DNA from: Nageia nagi
Taxonomy: Eukaryota > Plantae > Pinophyta
Length of the DNA: 64,000 bases
Direction: 5' to 3'
Assembly (NCBI GenBank): GCA_050084985.1
Contig: JBITNC010000001.1
Coordinates: forward strand, 75,764,001-75,828,000
Shown here: piece after piece, positions 26,026-38,879 of the stretch
Position numbering within the stretch: position 1 is the first letter of the stretch
Layout: the number at the start of each line of letters is the position of its first letter
Notes under the pieces: model-generated
What the model was told of the DNA's origin: nothing
Seen by the model: only the letters and a program-made list of their open reading frames with translations
The model's database searches: none
Position numbers and translations under genes: made by a program

Positions 26026-29000
26026 ATGTTAAAGATAAATTCAAAATTGAGGAAAACTCAAGAACTTCAACTAGCAAGGTTGATTGAACCCACTCGGATC
26101 GAGTTAGCTAAAGAATATCCCAAAGATCCCTTGAAGGAGGCCAAATTTAAGAATAACCTCTCCAACATTCAAGACACTTACTTATCACATACTGATCCTA
26201 GTTAGATCTTGCAATGCATCAATAGTCTATAGAAAAACCAAATTCTCAATGAGGTCATTTGCACCTTCTCATTGGCCAAGACCACCCATATCCCATTTTA
26301 CACACCTTTTATCAAGATCTATTATGAAGTTGGTAAGCATGCCAATTATAAAATTCATGCTATTTATGACACAAATGGCAATAATATCTTTGATTTATCC
26401 TTGGAGGGTATTGAGGAAGCTTTCAATTGGAGCAACAAAGGGGTCATCTACACTGAAAGGGATTCCTAAGATTACTACAAGAAACCTCAACTAGCCAGAG
26501 ATCTCATCTTAGATTAGCTTGAGAATGAAAGCAAATAATTCACTAAGAACAAATTAGTCAATCCTAAGAGACAACATTTCTATCCCACTATCTTGATGAT
26601 TATAAGTATATTATATTTAATCATTGGTAAGGAAGATGACCTCAAGTTCAAGAAGGAGTTTAGACCTTTCATTACTGTGATAGGGAATAGATAGAGCATC
26701 TGATGGAGAAAACTAATAACAAAATCCCTCCCTTAGAAACTACCTCACATCGACTCATCAAAGAGGTTCTACATGAATTCATATCTTGTATACCTTCTTC
26801 TCCATGGCAAGAATATAAAGTTAGCCCATGTAGATATTGAAATGCTAAATGATACAACAAAGCCTACATGGAAGACTTATCCCAAATGGTGGCTAGAATC
26901 TAGGTGGAATCAATATACCATGAGGAACAACAAATGGGAACATAAGATATACAAGGAGATAAAAGAAGGATAAATGGTGAAAATAATATCTAAATCTATT
27001 GTCAAAGCCATATAGAAGCATGCAGATTATTTCTTGTAAGACCCCTCACATATATACATTTGAGTCTATGGTTCCAAAGTTAGGTCATATCGCTTTCCCT
27101 GCTATGCTAGTAACTAGTTGTTTCTCATGGAATTCTATATAAAATTGCTCTTTCTCTATGAAAGTATATGGAAGAAGAAGAATACCACTAGAAATGTCCC
27201 AATTTTCATCAAGGAATATACCTATTCAACTTGGCTAGAAGTGAAGTAGATGAGTATAGAGTTATCTTATTATTACTTCTTCAAGGAGTAGGTAGACCCT
27301 CATTGTGATCTTGAAGGATGAATCTAGGTCTTCTATAGAAGAGCCTTCAAAAATCTAGTGATTTATGAGGATGGGTCTCTAGGAGATAAGGAGAGATATG
27401 AGAATAAAAGGGATGATAAGCTATTTCAGGAGATATATCAAGTGCTGGTAGTAGAAGGCCAAATTGATCGAAGAATACAAAGTTTGGATAGGCCTCAAAT
27501 GATCCTAGGTGAGAAGTCCACCTCTTCAATAAGAGTGAGGAGACATCAAGGGTGATTAAGAAAGCATGCTTCTCCAAATCACCAAGGATGTCCATATCAT
27601 ATCCAAGGATATCCATATCATGGTCGAGACTGGGTACCCTAACTTTCTATTGTAATAGCTTAAGGATGCTACCCCAAAGGATGTCCCTATAATGCCTATA
27701 ATATCAATTAGGGATAAAAATCTCTTAGTCATTATCAATCTTTTGATACCCATTGAATATCATGTAGAATATGAGTTTCTCGAACCTATTGATGTGGAGG
27801 CCCACATAAAAGGATTAAATATGCCTACCATAACTTAACTAGAAGAGACTAATTATCCCCACCATTCTAGTTCATCCTTAGATTCTAAGACATCCTCCGA
27901 ATCCTCTGGTTCATCTAAGTTTGATTCATGAGAAGAAGGAGAAATAGGTAGAGGACATGAGGATGATGAAGACTTCTAGATCAATAAAAGAGACACCCAA
28001 ATTGCAGATGTTTATGTAGAGTCTAAAGTTGAAGAAACCAGTGAAACTTTACCAACCAAATCAACATTCAAGAATTAGGTTGCTTACTCAAAATTCACTA
28101 CTTTGAGGAGGAAGAGGAGGTCATATCCTAAGTAGGACCCACCTAGGGAAACTCTTGGAAAACCCTTAAAGTTTAGCAAAACTTTTATGATATAGAGAAA
28201 TGAAGGAGATGAGGAAGAAAAGGACAAAGATGAAGAACAAAGGAAGAAGAAGTAGCTAGAACATGGCATCCATAAACTATTAAGGATCAAAGATAAGTTA
28301 GATGAGGTTACAAACCAATAATTAAGAATTGAGGAGATCGCTAAAGACTCCACTCCCACAAATACTGATACCACTCTAGCCAATATTGCATCAAGTTTTG
28401 GTCTACAAAAGAAATATGATTTCGATATTGATGCAATCATAGATGATCTATAGATGAGCTATCACATTGATGATGAAGAATCTAGCTAGAAGAGGGAATG
28501 TGCTTCTAAGGAGTCCACCATTAGAAAACTTGATAGCTTCATGTCTATGAAAAAGGACGTGGTGACCATTAATAGGTGGTACTTGAAAAAGAAGCATCCA
28601 TAATACCTTCAAGATATGCAGGTCCACATTAAAGAATTCAAAGTTAAGAAGATTGGATGGGCCAGGTGTAAACACACCATTAACTATAACATGGATGATA
28701 TGGTCAATCAAGGAATTGAAAGGGAGAATATGATAAAGGAGCAAAATAAGGAACATGTTGTTAAAAATAAGTTGGTAAAGTAGATAGAAATTACCAAAAT
28801 ATATCCTAAAGACATACAACTATAGGTCTCTTGGAACATTGATATCACCTCAACTGAAGAGACCTTAGTAAATGGCATAATAAGAGTGGTAAAAAAACTC
28901 TCACTTCAGTTGATTGCCCTCACTGACAAGCATAAAGTAGAAGAAAATAAGATTACATCCATTTCCTAGTTATTATAGGATTTGTAAAACCATGTAGGAT

Positions 29001-29474
29001 ATAATTCTACTAAGAGTTTGCCTATCACCTGCATTGGCTGAGGTTTGCAGTGATAAAATGGGATAATTTGACTCAAGCTAGGACCAATCTGTCATGTAAC
29101 CTAACCTTCCAAATGAGCTATTTTGTGCAACAAATCAAGTTTATGAATGAATATGGTAGCACAAGGAGGGTCTAACTCATTTTTAGGAAGTCTAGAATGC
29201 CATCTAAGATCTTATTTTCACCAAGTACATGAACCTATTGAGAGTAGGGACACATATCGAGAACCAACAACTTTTGGCTATTTAGAAATTCTAGATGGAA
29301 TGCACTTCTAAGTACATCTTGGAATTTCACAATAAGAAAGATAAAAACCTTCTAGGAGTACTTGCTATAGGGCTTGCCAGAGCTAGAGCCCTCTTTGATG
29401 ATAGGTACCATAGGATTCGTAAGGATAACTTTGATGCTACTCATGGTTTAGCTTTCGATCCCATGGAGGGTTGA
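26026..29474 (+). pseudogene. Second copy of the LTR-borne extra ORF
   Basis: ORF-track fragments 26008, 26272, 26773 and 27358 align to the 5' copy. Confidence 0.75.
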
Positions 29475-30664
29475 TTATTAAATGGATATTGTTATTTTTT
29501 AGTTCAAAGATAATTATTATTTTAATTTGCACTTTAATGGATGCATTTTTGGTTCCACAGTTGCAAGAAGACTTGATGTGACACTAATGTGATGTTCAAG
29601 CAATATTGTGTAGCCATATTTTTTATTTTGTAGATGGTTTATATTCTTAAAAGTAGTATTAAGGTTGTTATATTATTTAGGGAAATATTGAAATTAATAT
29701 TAGGATGACACTTCATTTAATGAGGTTGTTAGATATATGCTATAAGTACCCTATTTGGGTCATTTTTGAAAGATGGAGGATAATAGAAAGAAAGAGATAT
29801 AGATATATAGATCAAGAATCCTCCAATTTATGAAAGTTACATGATCTTTTGGAAGCAATCTTTCTTTATAGTTGAAGTTTCTAAATATATGTATCATATA
29901 TCATTTTGGGAACTCTATTTTGAATGCAAGTGCAGTTCCTCATTTCATGGAGTCATAGGGATGTGAATGACATGTTGATGTTGTTGCATTGTTTACGCAT
30001 TTACAAGCATTTTCTTTGAAAGTCTTGCACTTTATGAAAGGATAGTTGAATATCTCTTTTAAATGTATGAATGACCGTTTCTATGATTTGCATAAAGTTG
30101 TGGTATTTTGAATCACTTTACTCTTATGAAATTTAGTTTGAATTTTCTATTGGGACATAGAGAATTGAATGTTTCACTTCACCCCTTTGTCTACCTTGAC
30201 TACTACCCCTTGCTCTCACTTGGGAGTGATCCAAACCCAATTGCTTCCTCCCATGTTTGATAACATGAGTAGAAGTTCCTAATAAATCTGAGAGATGAAA
30301 GCTTCAAACCCTGCACAATAGTGAGACCTTGTCACTATTCTTCCTTCAACTACTAAATATTTTGTATTTTATTTTATATTCCCTCAACTTTGTCTATTTT
30401 CATGTGACCAATGATTGACATAAAAACAAATAGGTTTGCATAATTGTCAGTAACCATCCCTGAGCACATACCTCCCCATGAAGTTATCCTTTCGACTATC
30501 AACCACCATTGCTTAAAGTGTGCTACATCAAAAATCTAAAAGCTATAATAATTTGAAGAAACCTTATGGTTAAAGTCCTTTCAAGTAAGGGTAAGTAATG
30601 CTACTCCACTCATTGACGGTGTCTTTTCCCGCGAGAGGAAAAAAAAACCCATTTCAATAGGATC

Positions 30665-30840
30665 AAATTGAACATGGCCGCCATGACATGTTCCTAAGTA
30701 GAACTTGCATTTTTCAATCCAAAAAGTATTACTTTGTAATAAAATATACCCTAAGATTATAGAAGATAAACTTGTGTATATCACCTAGATTTATTATGAT
30801 TTGATTGTATCCTAAAACTCCATTTACGAATAAAAATTTA
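30665..30840 (-). pseudogene. Host pol: RT middle part
   Basis: FLFVNGVLGYNQI...GIFYYKVILFGLKNASST. Confidence 0.85.
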
Positions 30841-33258
30841 AGTTAATAAATTCTTCATTGAACCATGACCCCGTCTTTGTCGGCTTAGGATCCTCCTGAG
30901 CTCTAATGTTTAGGTTCATAAATTCTTCATTGACGTTAGTAGGTTCATCACCCAAGTAAGGAGGAATTACTAATTAACCCAACCCTTCCATATGAGTAGA
31001 TCAAGTATGTAATGTATCTCATTTACGATTTTTTGTATTTTTTTGTATAGAGTATGGAGGCCCAGACAACTTCGAGGGGAAGGGGAACGTCACATGGCCA
31101 AATAAATACCGCCTTGGATTCTTCACCAGGCGTGAAGCCAAGAAAGCTCAACCCTTATTCCTGTGGCCTTGCAAATTCACCTTATGATAAACCTTCTCTT
31201 TTTATGCGGTGAATTCTATATAACAGTGTTTACTGAGGAAAAGCCTATGAGAAGCCCGGATCGAATGGAATAGAACGACCCAAATCAAATGAAATAGGAG
31301 AGGTACTTGGGGGCTAGGGATCCTGACGAAAAGGTTGTTAATACGTATCCGAATAAGCTTTATTGAAGCGATGGTTTTGTTAGTACCTATGAACAGGAAT
31401 ATATGAACTGAGGAGCCCTACTATCACTATTATTTCATGAACCTATTCATGATTCCAGTCATGTGTCCATTCACTTCCAATGGCTGCCTTTTTCAAATGA
31501 TTAGTAAATTGTAAGGTTACGTCTCGATCATGTGAGAAATGATGTCGACATTAATATCTCTATCATAGAAGCCACCATTCTAGAAGGCGGGTTCATTTTC
31601 TCAGCTCCAGACTAGTAAGGAAAAGTATCCCTCTTTATAGTAGGAAGTATGGAATCCTTATTCCAGTTAAGGCGATAAAAAGGTCGAGCTTCCAGGATTA
31701 ATAAGATAGGTAATCTCTCGCTCATTAATTCTTGCTAGCTCATTCATTATGGGAATTCTAATAGTAGGAAATTGACTCCAAACTCCAATGGGATTATTAT
31801 TGAATGAAAAAAGAAGAAGAGGGATTCTTAGTTGACACTGATAATAATACCGATGGTTTTATCCATAAATTGTAGAGAGATCAGTAATAGTCATCCTATT
31901 ACTATACCCCAACGGAAATGGTCCATTATTCAGATCAGTTACCTCATAATCATCCGGAGAAAGGGAAAGATATGGAACCTATGTTCTATGTTTTTTTCCG
32001 AGTAGGATCCTCTCTCTGTCCAATAACTGGCCATCACTACGTACTCCATTACCCCATCCCTACCTTCACTAAAGAGCAATGAACCTTTCATAACAGTGGG
32101 GCGAATCGAGAATAATGGGGCATATGGTAATGGTAGGGGTGTATAGACTATACATATCAACGATTGGTCGGTAAAATCCCTATTATTATGTTGGCCTCCT
32201 TATTATTATCAAAGATTCCCACCTACTATTATAATGAGAATCCTGCTCTCTACATCAGCTTCTACAATTGCCCCGTATATTAGAAAATGCTGATGCAGCG
32301 TTCTCTCTTCATGCCCTCTCTCTGAATCTTGTGAATGATCAGAATCATGGATAGAAACTTGGTGCCATTTTATGAGTTACTGAGAATGAGGGAGAGGGAT
32401 ACGAGCAGAAGGAAATAGTGGAAAGGAAAGTAATTTCAAGTAGTAACGACTTATCATGATCCATTGGTTTACATACATAATCCATGTCCCAAATGTATCA
32501 AAATATAGGCGTATATAATAGAATAGAGTGAAAGGGTCCACCCTGCGACGAAGGTTACTAACTACCCCAAGACCAAGGAGGTGCTGACCAACTGCTGAGT
32601 CCTCTTCGAACTGTAGAGGATAGTTTTTCATCATACGACTCACTAACTCCACTTGTACATGATAATATACAGGAATTAATGATATACCGGGAACTATATT
32701 TAGGGTTGGCTCGTGCTTACTAATTGTAAAGGATCACATCCCCCCTGTTGATTATTATTGCGAAGCTACCAAGAATACTAATAATAATAGTATGCAAATG
32801 GTCGATGGTGAGTGTATGGGGAATAAAGTAGCATATTTATGACACAAATAGATCTAACATTCGATCTAATCGGGGCCATTTTCTTGCCTGATTCTATAAA
32901 AAAAGGTACTCGCTGTACAGAGTGAATAAGGGAGGAAACGGAAAAGCTTTCCAAATGATCCAAACTCGAGGTTTGAATGGGCAAAGATTGTGATAAATTT
33001 GACCCCTTCGAGTTTGATGTGAAACTGGAGATTATGGTATTTAGAGAAGGTGATCCAAACAAGCTGAATGTATGGCTCTAGGGGTTAGAGGTTTACCTTT
33101 CCACTAAGAGGTGCATGGATGCGAAGCAGGTGCTTCTCGCTCAACTCAGACTTCGGGTTCATGCTTTCATGTGGTGGGAGGAAGGGGGATATAGGGGTTG
33201 GTCGGTGGCTGCACCATGTTTCTCACCTCAGTAATACATACGGGAGTTCTTAGATCCA

Positions 33259-33488
33259 ATGGCATATTCAGTTCAAATTTATGATACATGTATTGGTTGT
33301 ACCAGTGTGTACGAGCTTGTACCATAGATGCATTAGAAATGATACCTTGGGAATGATGTATATCTAAACAAATTACTTCTGCTCCAAGAAAAGAAGACTG
33401 TTAGTTGTAAGAGGTGTGAATCAGCTTGTGCAACATATTTTGTTTATTTATTTATGAAATAACTCACAGTATGGGTCTATCTTACTGA
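33259..33488 (+). pseudogene. psaC: Plastid photosystem I iron-sulfur subunit pseudogene
   Basis: MAYSVQIYDTCIGCT..CVRAC..LEMIPWE..KQITSAPRKEDC..CKRCESACAT..SMGLSY*, with small deletions. Confidence 0.95.
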
Positions 33489-33628
33489 GCCATATGCACA
33501 ATGAAAATGGTTAGATCTATCCCATACATATTTTGAATTCCTCCTTTCTTCTTTCATTTATCAAAACCTATGCTCGACCAAGATCTCAAGCATGGATTTT
33601 GACATCGAAAGTATCTTTGCTTGCTATT

Positions 33629-33670
33629 ATGAGAAATTTACCTTGGTTAACCATAATTGTGATTTTTCCC
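33629..33670 (+). pseudogene. ndhD: 5' fragment of plastid NDH subunit D
   Basis: MRNLPWLTIIVIFP directly downstream of psaC, as in plastome gene order. Confidence 0.8.
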
Positions 33671-33679
33671 TTCTCTAAA

Positions 33680-36200
33680 TGGATTTAGTGGAGTAGGATA
33701 ATACATTCTATTTTTTCAACTTCAGACCCAAAGTAGGCATGGGATCAAATAGCTTCCTTCCTTTCCTCTTGGCATGAAACATAGGATACTAAATTCATTC
33801 TCCAAGGATATCTATAATAGCATTTGTAGTCTCGATTGAAGCATTGGTTGGGATATGAAAGAACATGTTGAATTGTGCTCTATTTTCCTAGTATCAACAT
33901 TGTAAGTAGTATTAGCATTATGATGTTTAGATATGTGAAATTTACATGATGGGTTTTAAATCTCTAAAATATTGACCATGGCTATAATTTCATCCTCATA
34001 ATCAAATCCTCCAATATATGAATAAGAAGTCTTGGAATTGTAAGTGAAAATAATGTCATGTGATTTTCCATATCATAATTCACGTTCATGTTTTGTATAT
34101 TATCTTTGGTGGGAATTTAGGACCTGATCGATTGATTGTATTCCTTGCTCATATTTATGACCATATCGTTACATACTTGGGAATATCATTTATTGATCAT
34201 TTTCTTTATTGTTGGCTTCTATTTAACTTTTGGTTCTTCTTCCATTTTGGATCTATCTATTTTAGATTTAGATAATGAAGTATATTTATTATACAAAATC
34301 TTCTAAACTTACTTTCTTAATTAGTCATACATGAGCAACAATGCTAACACTGTTGGGAGCGTTGGTGCTTACAATACTATTTTTTATATTGTCCATGTTT
34401 GTTTATGGAATGGATGGTATCTTTGTCTTTGAACTTGTATAATCCCGTATTAATTTCCTCAATATCAAATTAGTTAACTTTATCCTTAGTTTTTTCTTTC
34501 TTATTGATCTTATTATATGGAACAAAGATTGCCTCCACTCTTGCAATCATACTTTTACGATCATCCTCTATATCTAATATGTGATTTTATCCTTCATGTT
34601 TGAATTTCAAAAATCTATATAGAGTAGATAAGATGTCCCCATAGAATGGATCCATAGTATTCTCAACAAAATTTTATCATCCATCCTTTTATCCATCACA
34701 TAAGCCTTAGTTTCTATAGTCATTAGCTTAGCATTTATTGAAAATATATGAGGCTATGCATTATTTCTAAGTGTTATCAAATCCCTTGATTCATATTGTT
34801 GATTTTCTAATCTTTTTGATAATATTTTCATAAAATTCTTTGAGTAACTTAGGAGAAAAATATCAATGAATGCCTCCTTTGCAATTTTTATTGATTTTTA
34901 CCTTGGTGTGAAGTGCCAAATTGTAATCTTTTACCTATTATGTAGGTAATTCATCATCATTAAATTGCACCATGTTGAACTAAAAGAATCAAAAACATCT
35001 ACAAATGGATTTATAGGAATGTTACCATCAATAATTCTTATTCTAATTCTTCAAAGGGAGCCTTCATATGTCTATCAGAGGTAATAGTTAATTCATACAT
35101 GCTAATCTTGGAAGGAGTATTTTATAATTGAATAGAAAAATCATATTTAAATTTATCATTAGGAGGAGTAGGATAGAATTTACCTTATGGAATCAATATT
35201 AGATTAAGGTTATATTTATTCTTACCATGTGTGGAAACATTTAACTCTTCCTCAAATGGTTAATCTTCTTTAGATTCTTCTTCTTACCCATGAATAACCA
35301 TGTTAACCATATTCACAGATTGATGAATTTCTTGATTTGAAATGGGTTTTACAATTTCTCCATTTTTATACTCAATTATGTTCTTAACACACAGTTACTT
35401 TAAAAATTTCTTAAGATCAAAGAAAATATTGATGTAATAGCCCATCACATGATAATAAGCATAATATTTCCCATTTTTGTTCCATGCTTAAATTATTTTC
35501 CTTGAATTTTTCTATTAATGAAATTATATGACTTTTTGTATCTTGATAAGCTTCAGTAATGATTTCAACAGTATTAACATTAGGATATTTCTTCTTGGAT
35601 ATATCTTCTTTGGGAAATCCTTATTGCTAGATGTATATTTTAGTTTCCCTAATTATATCATGGCTTTCTCTTTTTGAATAAATGTATGAGTCATTTCTAT
35701 GAATGGTTATTTCATATAGTTAATTATAATATGCTTGAGAATATGATTAATACTTTATAAAATCACTTATGTAATATATTTTTTGGTAATAAAACCATCC
35801 AATGAACTCCATATTTTTTATAATGGGGAAAAAACTTCTCCAATATTCCACTAGAGCCTTTCTTGGAATTTATTCAATCTATCCATATAGTATTCTACTA
35901 CATATTACACTTGAAATGTGTCTCAATAACTTTCTCAACTAAGCATAAGACATATTTGAACCAAGTTCCAATGTATAGAACCATTTGTAGGCATCATTGT
36001 TAAGAATTAGAGGGAAATAGTTACCCTTCAAGTTGCTAATGATTCTACATTTGAGTTCCATTAGATACTCAAATCCTTTTAGATGGATGTTGGGATCCCC
36101 TTCATAATTGAACTTTCCAAGTTTCAATTTCTTTTTCAAAGTAAGTAAGGTATTTAAAATATCATCACTTAGGGGATTACCTTTATCATCTAAATTATTA
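33680..36200 (-). pseudogene. Host gag, protease and RT N-terminal region
   Basis: KFNYEGDPNIHL...YFPLILNNDAYKWFYTL (gag, 35939-36139) and a zinc-knuckle relic at ~35400-35480. Confidence 0.7.
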
Positions 36201-36510
36201 TCTGATAATGGGTAGAAACTACTTTGACTATATCATTAGGAATTTTATATACTTTTTTTTACACAACACCAAAACTATCAATAATTCTAGTGCTATCCCT
36301 CTCCATATGATTTATGAATATGATTTTGTAAAACCCATCCATGTTGTTAGAAGCTTCCATTATTCTCATACTCATAGATTTTGATGACTAAATTCATATG
36401 AAAACCCTAAGATATTTTGGATTATAGAACTAGGATAATATTTATAACATAAATTTTACAAACCCTAATTTAAGATTTGCAAAATTATAAAAGATTCTAT
36501 TTCACCAATA

Positions 36511-37167
36511 TGTTGATGATAAAATATAAACTGAATCATGGTAAGTTGATGCTAAGTTATATCTACTTCAAATATGAGAAAATATACTTAATAACCTATT
36601 TTGCATGATAGATAATATATGTTCTATATAAATATGAAATAATGAACATGATATAACAATAGTATTGAATGAAATAACTTGACAATCTTTGATAAAGGAT
36701 GATAGATACCTATACACTTACCTTTATGAATGTTAAGTAGTAATACATACCAGATTAGATGGAAAATGATGATCTTGATAGATGGTACCAGATTGGATGG
36801 AAAAGGAAATTAGCCTTGATGTGTAGCATTAAGTAGTGTAAAACATTCTAATCTTTATAGATGGTATTTAAAGACACCAATATGTTTGTAAGAGATATGA
36901 ATAGTGATATCAAGATGAATTATTGATAGTATTCCCATAGATATAATTCTCTATTTTTAGGATCAAGAAATTACCTAATGGACCATTGCATAATAGTGTT
37001 GATGTTGGTTGTCCATTGCATAAAATAAGAGAACTATGAATAAGATATAGCTTGGATGGATCATAATCAATAATAAAATTTATTATTACATCATATTGAT
37101 CATAACATCCTAAAGATCATATAAAAACTAGTTTAATAAAAAAAGGGTACCAAATAAGGTATCAATA
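36511..37167 (-). repeat. 5' LTR of host Tat-type element
   Basis: TGTTGA...TCAATA. Homologous to 2553-3313. PBS-like site 3 nt inside. Confidence 0.75.
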
Positions 37168-37349
37168 GGCTTCTTCATTACCTAGCCTTTAATAGAATTT
37201 TGTTACATATTAATTATGATACATTTTAGTAATATAATAGAGCATATTTGAATCATTTGAGCATAATTGAAGAAACATTTTTAAATCTTATCATGCTTAT
37301 GATTGTTTTTATATTCCATCTACATTTCATAATCTTCATATCCAACAAA

Positions 37350-38612
37350 AAAATGTGGAAGAATAAGTAAGGCCTAAAAAATATTTAATAATATGCATGA
37401 TGCAAACATAATTTCATGGTTTGTAATGCTTGTACGATACATATAAAATGGGTTTTCTAAACAATTCGTAAGACATATATGCAAAATATGAAAGAATACA
37501 TAAGGCATGGGAATTTCTTGATAAGATACATGATGCAATTATAGTTTCATTATCTAAAATGATTATATGATACACATAGTTAGTTTTGTAAAAAAAAAAA
37601 ATTCCCTAAAGCACATATGCAAAATGTGGAAGAATACATAAGCATCAAGAATTATTTGACAAGATCCATAATGCAAACATACTTTTATGGTTTGCAATTA
37701 TTGTAGAATATGTACAAAATGGGATTTTGGAAAAATAACATAATATATATATGTAAAATATGGAAGAATACATAAGGATAAAAAATTATTTGAAAAGATG
37801 CATGATGCCAATATAGCTTCATTGTTTATAGTGATTCCATGATACACACAAAATTGGTACAAAAAAAGGTCCTAATATATACTTAAAATAAGGAAGAATT
37901 CACAAAGCCCAATAATTATTCAATAAGATGCATGATGAAAACATAGTTTCATGGTTGTTAATGGATATAGGATACACACAAAATGAATTTTCTAAAAAAT
38001 GCCCCTAACATATGTATGTAAAATATTAAATAATAGACAAGGACTAAGAATTATTTCACAAGATGCATAATGCAAAAAATGTTTCATGGTCTACAATGAT
38101 TGTAGGATAACATACAAAATGAGTTTTTAGAAAAAGGTTTCAAGACATGTATGTGAAATATGGAAGAATATGCAAAGGTCAAAGAATTGTTTGACAAGAT
38201 GCATGATGCAAATACAATTTCATGGTTTTTCATTATTTTAGGATACACACAAAATATATCTTTTGAGAAAGGACCTAAGATATGTATGGAAAATGTGGAA
38301 GAATGTATAAGTATTATGAACTATTTAATAATATGAATGATACAAACATAATTTCATGGTCTACAATAATTTCATGATACACATAAAATGTGTTTTTATA
38401 GAAAGGTTCTAAGATTTGGATACAAAATATGGAAGAATACAAAAGCAACAAGAATTGTTTGACAAGATGAATACTATAAATATAGTTTCATGGTTTATAA
38501 TGGTTACATGATATAAACAAAATGGGTTTTCTTAAAAAGTTCTTAAGATATGTATATAAAATATTAAAGAATACATATAGAAAAGGAATTTTTTAACAAG
38601 ATGCATAATGCA
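37350..38612 (+). repeat. Tandem array of ~9.5 copies of a ~134-bp monomer derived from a PPR coding motif
   Basis: The GGAAGAAT anchor recurs near 37357, 37491, 37628, 37762, 37892, 38162, 38297 and 38431. One monomer translates YAKCGRIHKHQELFDKIHNANILLWFAIIVEYVQNGILEK. Confidence 0.9.
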
Positions 38613-38879
38613 AAGATGGTGAAAAATAAGTATTGCACTGATACATCTACTCATCTTGCCTCTCCTCTCCTCTACCTTCCTTGACCCTTCCCTTTCAAGA
38701 TCTAAAATAAATGTTAGGTGTTCAAACTTAATAGACATGTATATTAAAAAATGTAGAAGGATAAATAAGATATACTTGCTTTTACCAATGACTTTTGTTC
38801 TTATTACCTCCCCTCATGTTGCTTCTTCACATAAAAATTTGAAACTCAAAATACCCTAATAACTTTCTAAGTACCCTCC

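Larger units (their letters stand above)
8723..30659 (+). mobile_element. 21.9-kb Ty3/Gypsy Tat-type element with ~6.6-kb ORF-containing terminal repeats
   Basis: TSD GGATC at 8718-8722 and 30660-30664. Termini TATTGA...TCAATA. Interrupts host RT, which rejoins as FGLKNASST*EHVMAAMFNLIH*LV*VYIDD. Direct repeats at 8723-15363 and 22151-30659. Confidence 0.9.
22151..30659 (+). repeat. 3' long terminal repeat (~6.68 kb after removing the nested solo LTR)
   Basis: Starts TATTGA and ends TCAATA followed by the TSD. Homologous to 8723-15363. Confidence 0.88.
30845..33670. other. Organelle-derived insertion, probably mitochondrial DNA carrying a decayed plastid segment
   Basis: Abrupt rise in GC and about 50 CpGs in 2.8 kb, versus a few per kb around it. 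Contains psaC and the ndhD start, plus a Gypsy gag-like scrap (~32990-33180). Replaces part of the host RT. Confidence 0.7.
2553..37167 (-). mobile_element. Old Ty3/Gypsy Tat-type LTR retrotransposon (gag-PROT-RT-RH-aRH-INT), host of nested insertions
   Basis: Homologous LTRs at 2553-3313 and 36511-37167. TSD GGCTC/GGCTT. Minus-strand TGGTGAA PBS-like site at 36501-36507. Pol pieces rejoin across the insertions. Confidence 0.75.

Noticed and set aside
8723-30659. Segmental duplication or assembly artefact as the cause of the 6.6-kb repeats
   Set aside because: The copies are clearly diverged, bracket a gag-pol with a PBS, and the unit has a TSD inside a host RT that rejoins in frame.
32100-32165. 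Family B DNA polymerase motif (VDMYSLY) of a mitochondrial plasmid
   Set aside because: A single weak motif with no supporting polymerase motifs nearby.
37350-38612. CRISPR-like array or intact PPR gene
   Set aside because: Monomers are contiguous diverged copies with no unique spacers. The period is often out of frame and there are many stops. The context is eukaryotic.
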